Below, piece by piece: positions 59,536 to 64,000 of a stretch of DNA of 64,000 nt (its first letter is position 1; each line of letters begins with the position of its first letter). A program made the position numbers and the translations under genes. Source of the stretch: Macrostomum lignano (lineage: Eukaryota); NCBI GenBank assembly GCA_002269645.1, contig NIVC01001831.1, positions 124,001 through 188,000 of the forward strand. Direction: 5' to 3'. The notes under the pieces were generated by a model. That model made no database searches. It saw only the letters and a list, made by a program, of their open reading frames with translations, and was not told the DNA's origin.

Positions 59536-60260
59536 ACAAGTCACTTCTCTAACTGCACTGTCCGAAACCTGGGATCCAGGAGTGTGCACCCTGAAAACCT
59601 GACTAAGTAAACTTTCCCGCAATACCAAAAGAAAAAGACAGCAAAGACAGCTCAAATTTATACAGATGCTGGAGAACACTGTTTCAGAAAAGTCACATCA
59701 GGCCCGGTGACAGCCAGATTAAGAAACTACTCAGACATCAAGGTGCTGAACGGTCATTGCAGTTAGTGCACAGCTAAACACAGGAAAAGCCTGGGTCAAG
59801 CACAAACCACTGGGACGCAGGGCGAGAGCAAAGCGATAGAAGGGAGTTAAAACACAGGATCGATGAGTAATAGAGATAGATGGCTTAGCGTTACAAATAC
59901 AGCAATAATAGGTCCACATTCAAGTACTACTACTGACAGTTCATAACAGTAGTTAATGAAGCAGGTGCAATATATAATTTGCCATAAATAAAAACTTATA
60001 GGGATGCAGAGGAGAAACGGGGATTGAAAAACAACAGCAAACAGTGAGCCGCTGGGTTCATAGTGCAAATATATTAATAAACAATGACTCGCCTATCCTG
60101 CAATCTAGATTAGCTATGATACACCGCCAGTGGCTGCTGCTCACGCACTCACAAAACTGTCTTCTATTCAATGCCAATTTGAGTCTAAGCGATACGGCAT
60201 CGAGTAAAATCCGCACTATACTACTAGCCAGCCGCTGCACTATGAGTAGTAAGCCGCAGC

Positions 60261-60679
60261 TCAGCCGGTGTAGTTGCCGCTCTCAAACAGCTGCTCGTCG
60301 TAGAAGTCGGCTCCAACTCGGCGGCCGCCGAAGTACCGACCGTCCAGGCCTTCGATGGCCCTGGCGGCCTCGGCCGGCTCGGCAAACCGGACAAATACAA
60401 CGACGGTGCCGCCGGTCTCCGGAGCAAAAACCACCAGGTTGGCCACGGTGCCGAACTTGGCGCACTCCTCGGTGACGTCCTCCTGGAACTGGTCGTCCAG
60501 CTCGCTGGCCGAGCCCACCAGGTTGCGCAGGGTTACCACCCGGCTGGGCCGCTGCAGGCGCTGCGTGAGCACCTGCCGGGCCTCGGAGCCGCGCACTGTC
60601 GGCTCGGCCTCCAGCATCTGCTCCGTGCCCGCCGTCTGCCGATCGGCCGCCGCTCCCTGCTGGTTGGCTGCTGCGGACT
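60261..60679 (-). CDS. PUF60: Poly(U)-binding splicing factor PUF60 (half pint), last exon with UHM domain
   Basis: VRGSEARQVLTQRL, VVTLRNLV, VTEECAKFGTV, VFVRF, LDGRYFGGRRV.ADFYDEQLF; acceptor cccctcag|AG in phase 1. Confidence 0.88.
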
Positions 60680-60959
60680 CTGAGGGGATTCGAATTCGAG
60701 CCGGGAACCGCATAGCAACCAAGTTTGAGCAGATATGGACTTACCTGAATTGCCTATGGTATGCGGACCAACCAGCCTGCCTACTATCGAGTAGCAAGTA
60801 AGGGATTCTTTAGAGCGAATCTATGCACTACTTTGCTCAGTAGCCTATAGCAGCATAGACTATTAAGTCCACTTCCACTGATATTTTGAACCTGCTTATT
60901 ATGGAAATATCGACTATTAGCCTCCTTTCTGGTGTAGCAAAAGTAATTCTCAATGCGAT

Positions 60960-61935
60960 TCTCCTGACTGCTCAACTAACATGTACATGATGTACTTCCG
61001 TGATTTCTGACTGCTCAACTAATATGTACATGATGTACTTCCGTGATTCCTGACTGCTCAACTAACATGTACATGATGTACTTCCGTGATTCCTGACTGC
61101 TTAACTACACATGTACATGATGTACTTCCGTGATTCCTGACTGCTCAACTAACATGTACATGATGTACTTCCGTGATTCCTGACTGCTTAACTAACATGT
61201 ACATGATGTACTTCCGTGATTCCTGACTGCTTAACTACACATGTACATGATGTACTTCCGTGATTCCTGACTGCTTAACTAACATGTACATGATGTACTT
61301 CCGTGATTCCTGACTGCTTAACTACACATGTACATGATGTACTTCCGTGATTTCTGACTGCTCAACTAACATGTACATGATGTACTTCCGTGATTCCTGA
61401 CTGCTTAACTAACATGTACATGATGTACTTCCGTGATTCCTGACTGCTTAACTAACATGTACATGATGTACTTCCGTGATTCCTGACTGCTTAACTAACA
61501 TGTACATGATGTACTTCCGTGATTCCTGACTGCTTAACTAACATGTACATGATGTACTTCCGTGATTCCTGACTGCTTAACTACACATGTACATGATGTA
61601 CTTCCGTGATTTCTGACTGCTCAACTAACATGTACATGATGTACTTCCGTGATTCCTGACTGCTTAACTACACATGTACATGATGTACTTCCGTGATTCC
61701 TGACTGCTTAACTACACATGTACATGATGTACTTTCGTGATTCCTGACTGCTCAACTACACATGTACATGATGTACCTCCGTGGTTCTCCTGACTGCTCA
61801 ACTACACATGTACATGATGTACCTCCGTGGTTCTCCTGACTGCTAAACTACACATGTACATGATTTACCTCCGCGGTTCTACTGACTGCTCAACTACACA
61901 TGCACCTCCGCGATTCCCCTGACTGCTCAACTAAA
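60960..61935. repeat. 43-bp minisatellite (CCTGACTGCTTAACTAACATGTACATGATGTACTTCCGTGATT) in a PUF60 intron
   Basis: About 22 copies. Confidence 0.96.
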
Positions 61936-62569
61936 TGTTCTCGTACCTCTGCGACCGACCACGCGGCTTATTGACCGACAAACCGATAGACAGCTACACG
62001 CAGACTTCAGAATGCGAGCGGGCTGTGGACGGGGGGTGCGGGAGGGGCAGCGAGTGGAGACGCGACAGGCTGGGGCGAGAGGAGAGGACGGGCCTGCGGG
62101 GGGTCTCAGTAAAAAGTGCACCGACAGACGCCAAGTGCGGCGGGCGGCAACGCCTTCGAATTGAAGACTCAGATAGCCTTGAAGCGGCCAGAGAGGCTGA
62201 ACGCGGGCCCACTGGCTCATCAATCTCTCCAAGTCTGAGCACTGCTAAAATTGGAAGTCGGTCAGGATAGGAGAGAATAGCCAGTCGGAGTCAGAGCTGA
62301 GCAGGACGAGCAAAAGGCCAGAAGTTTTGTAAAATAATCAATTCAGCGAGACTCTAGCTTGGCCTTTGAGCAAGCTGAGAACAGACAAGAAGCAGAAATC
62401 CGGCTTAGAAAGATGAGGCAGGTGGCTTAATGGATAGAAATTTAGAAAAGCAGAAACAGGATTTATGGAAGTGATTCCAGAAAAGGAAATGCAACAAGAT
62501 ATGACTGAAAAATGCAGGAAGCCTCGATGTAATTGATAAGTGCAGAGTGAGATGACTGTGGCAGGCATC

Positions 62570-63030
62570 CGGATCTGGGATAGCGGTGGCCCAGCAACTG
62601 AGGATCTGGGAGGCTGGCCCAGCAACTGGGGATCTGGGAGGCTGGCCCAGCAACTGGGGATCTGGGATGCTGGCCCAGCAACTGGGGATCTGGTAGGCTG
62701 GCCCAGCAACTGAGGATCTGGGAGGCTGGCCCAGCAACTGGGGATCTGGTAGGCTGGCCCAGCAACTGAGGATCTGGGAGGCTGGCCCAGCAACTGAGGA
62801 TCTGGGAGGCTGGCCCAGCAACTGGGGATCTGGGAGGCTGGCCCAGCAACTGGGGATCTGGGATGCTGGCCCAGCAACTGACGATCTGGGAGGGCGATTG
62901 TCCAGCAACTGAGAATCTGGGATGGTGGCCCAGCAACTGAAGATCTGAGAGCGCGGCCCAGCAACTGAGGATCTGGAAGGCTGGCCTAGAGACTGAGGAT
63001 TTGGGAGGGCGGCCCAGCAACTGAGAATCT
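62570..63030. repeat. 28-bp minisatellite, locus 2 (same family as 54137-54565)
   Basis: About 16 copies of CCCAGCAACTG[A/G]GGATCTGGGAGGCTGG. Confidence 0.95.
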
Positions 63031-63069
63031 TACACCAGGAATGGTTGACACCATTGGATAGAAGAGTCA

Positions 63070-63145
63070 ATACAAATGAAACTGTACAAATGAAACCGTA
63101 CAAATGAAACCGTACAAATGAAACCGTACAGTTGAAAACTGTACA
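63070..63145. repeat. 14-bp short tandem repeat (AAATGAAACCGTAC)
   Basis: About 5 copies. Confidence 0.8.
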
Positions 63146-63242
63146 GCTGCTCATCATATTCTACGCAATAATGTCTAGTCATGACGTCATAAAATAGGCA
63201 ATTAAAGCTCAGAAAATCCACAACGAACAGCGTGTGTCTCAC

Positions 63243-63441
63243 CTTGAGCTGGCGGAGGCTGACCCGGCTCCGCGGCCTGGGTCCCGGTGGCGGCAGCCGG
63301 CTTGGCGGGCTGGTTGGCCAGGGCGGCGGCGAGGCCGGGCATGAGGGTGGTGGGGTTGGTGATGGCCCGGCCAACGCGGAGCAGCTGGCCGCCCAGGTCG
63401 AAATTGTTCATGCTGCCCATGGCGTCAGTGGCGGCTTGGTT
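63243..63441 (-). CDS. PUF60: PUF60 internal exon (end of RRM2); upstream exons lie beyond the right edge
   Basis: DAMGSMNNFDLGGQLLRVGRAITNP matches the PUF60 RRM2 C-terminus (MNLFDLGGQ.LRVG.A.TPP). Donor G|GTGAGA, phase 1 compatible with the last exon. The acceptor is uncertain (63442 preferred; an alternative lies near 63485). Confidence 0.82.
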
Positions 63442-63504
63442 CTGAGATTCAGGCGCGGAAGCAGGGGCGGTGCAGCGAATAAAGCTGTAGGCTGGCACGT
63501 TCGT

Positions 63505-64000
63505 GAACTGGTCCCTGGGTCCTTTGGTGAACTGGTCTCTTGGGTCCTTTGGTGAACTGGTCTCTTGGGTCCTTTGGTGGACTGGTCTCTTGGGTCCTTT
63601 GGTGGACTGGTCTCTTTGGTCCTTTAGTGGACTGGTCTCTTGGGTCCTTTGGTGGACTGGTCTCTTGGGTCCTTTGGTGGAGTGGACTGGTCTCTTGGAT
63701 CCTTCGGTGGACTGGTCCCCTGGGTCCTCTGGTGAACTGGTCTCTTGGGTCCTTTGGTGGACTGGTCACCTGGGTCCTTTGGTGGACTGGTCCCCTGGGT
63801 CCTTTGGTGGACTGGTCCCCTGGGTCCTTTGGTGGACTGGTCCCCTGGGTCCTTTGGTGGACTGGTCACCTGGGTCCTTTGGTGGACTGGTCCCCTGGGT
63901 CCTTTGGTGGACTGGTCCCCTGGGTCCTTTGGTGGAATGGTCCCCTGGGTCCTCTGGTGAACTGGTCTCTTGGGTCCTTTGGTGGACTTGTCCCCTGGTC
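63505..64000. repeat. 25-bp minisatellite (GGACTGGTC[T/C]C[T/C]TGGGTCCTTTGGT), runs off the right edge
   Basis: About 20 copies. Confidence 0.96.

Noticed and set aside
49381-61935. 41-, 43- and 46-bp regular repeats resembling CRISPR arrays
   Set aside because: Units are head-to-tail with no unique spacers, there are no cas genes, and the context is eukaryotic.

Overview
This is eukaryotic (animal) genomic DNA, not prokaryotic: GC-rich spliced coding exons sit among AT-rich intergenic DNA, and introns are packed with 14-46 bp minisatellites and 4-bp microsatellites. That architecture, plus the gene content, suggests a free-living flatworm such as Macrostomum lignano (an inference, not confirmed). 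Host genes in order: an SLC7/L-type amino acid transporter (minus strand, runs off the left edge), an NPY/NPF-type class A GPCR (minus), an intronless FkbM-family methyltransferase (plus), AMPK beta (plus), a small secreted prohormone-like gene (minus), an ankyrin-repeat protein (plus), peroxiredoxin-5 (minus) and the 3' part of PUF60 (minus, runs off the right edge). Mobile DNA: an intact Ty3/Gypsy element (197-bp LTRs, 5-bp TSD) in the SLC7 intron; an intact Ty1/Copia element (5-bp TSD, half-tRNA PBS) nested in the gag of a decayed BEL/Pao element; a second BEL remnant; a 698-bp MITE with 259-bp TIRs and an 8-bp TSD; a truncated second Gypsy; and an RTE-like LINE fragment. The most unusual signal is a minisatellite whose 16-bp unit is a one-base variant of the adjacent SLC7 exon/intron junction, with a second candidate of the same kind upstream of PRDX5. 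The candidate flatworm prohormone is also notable. Most long ORFs in the supplied track are artefacts of repeats or antisense shadows of GC-rich CDS. All coordinates were counted by hand; repeat edges are approximate.
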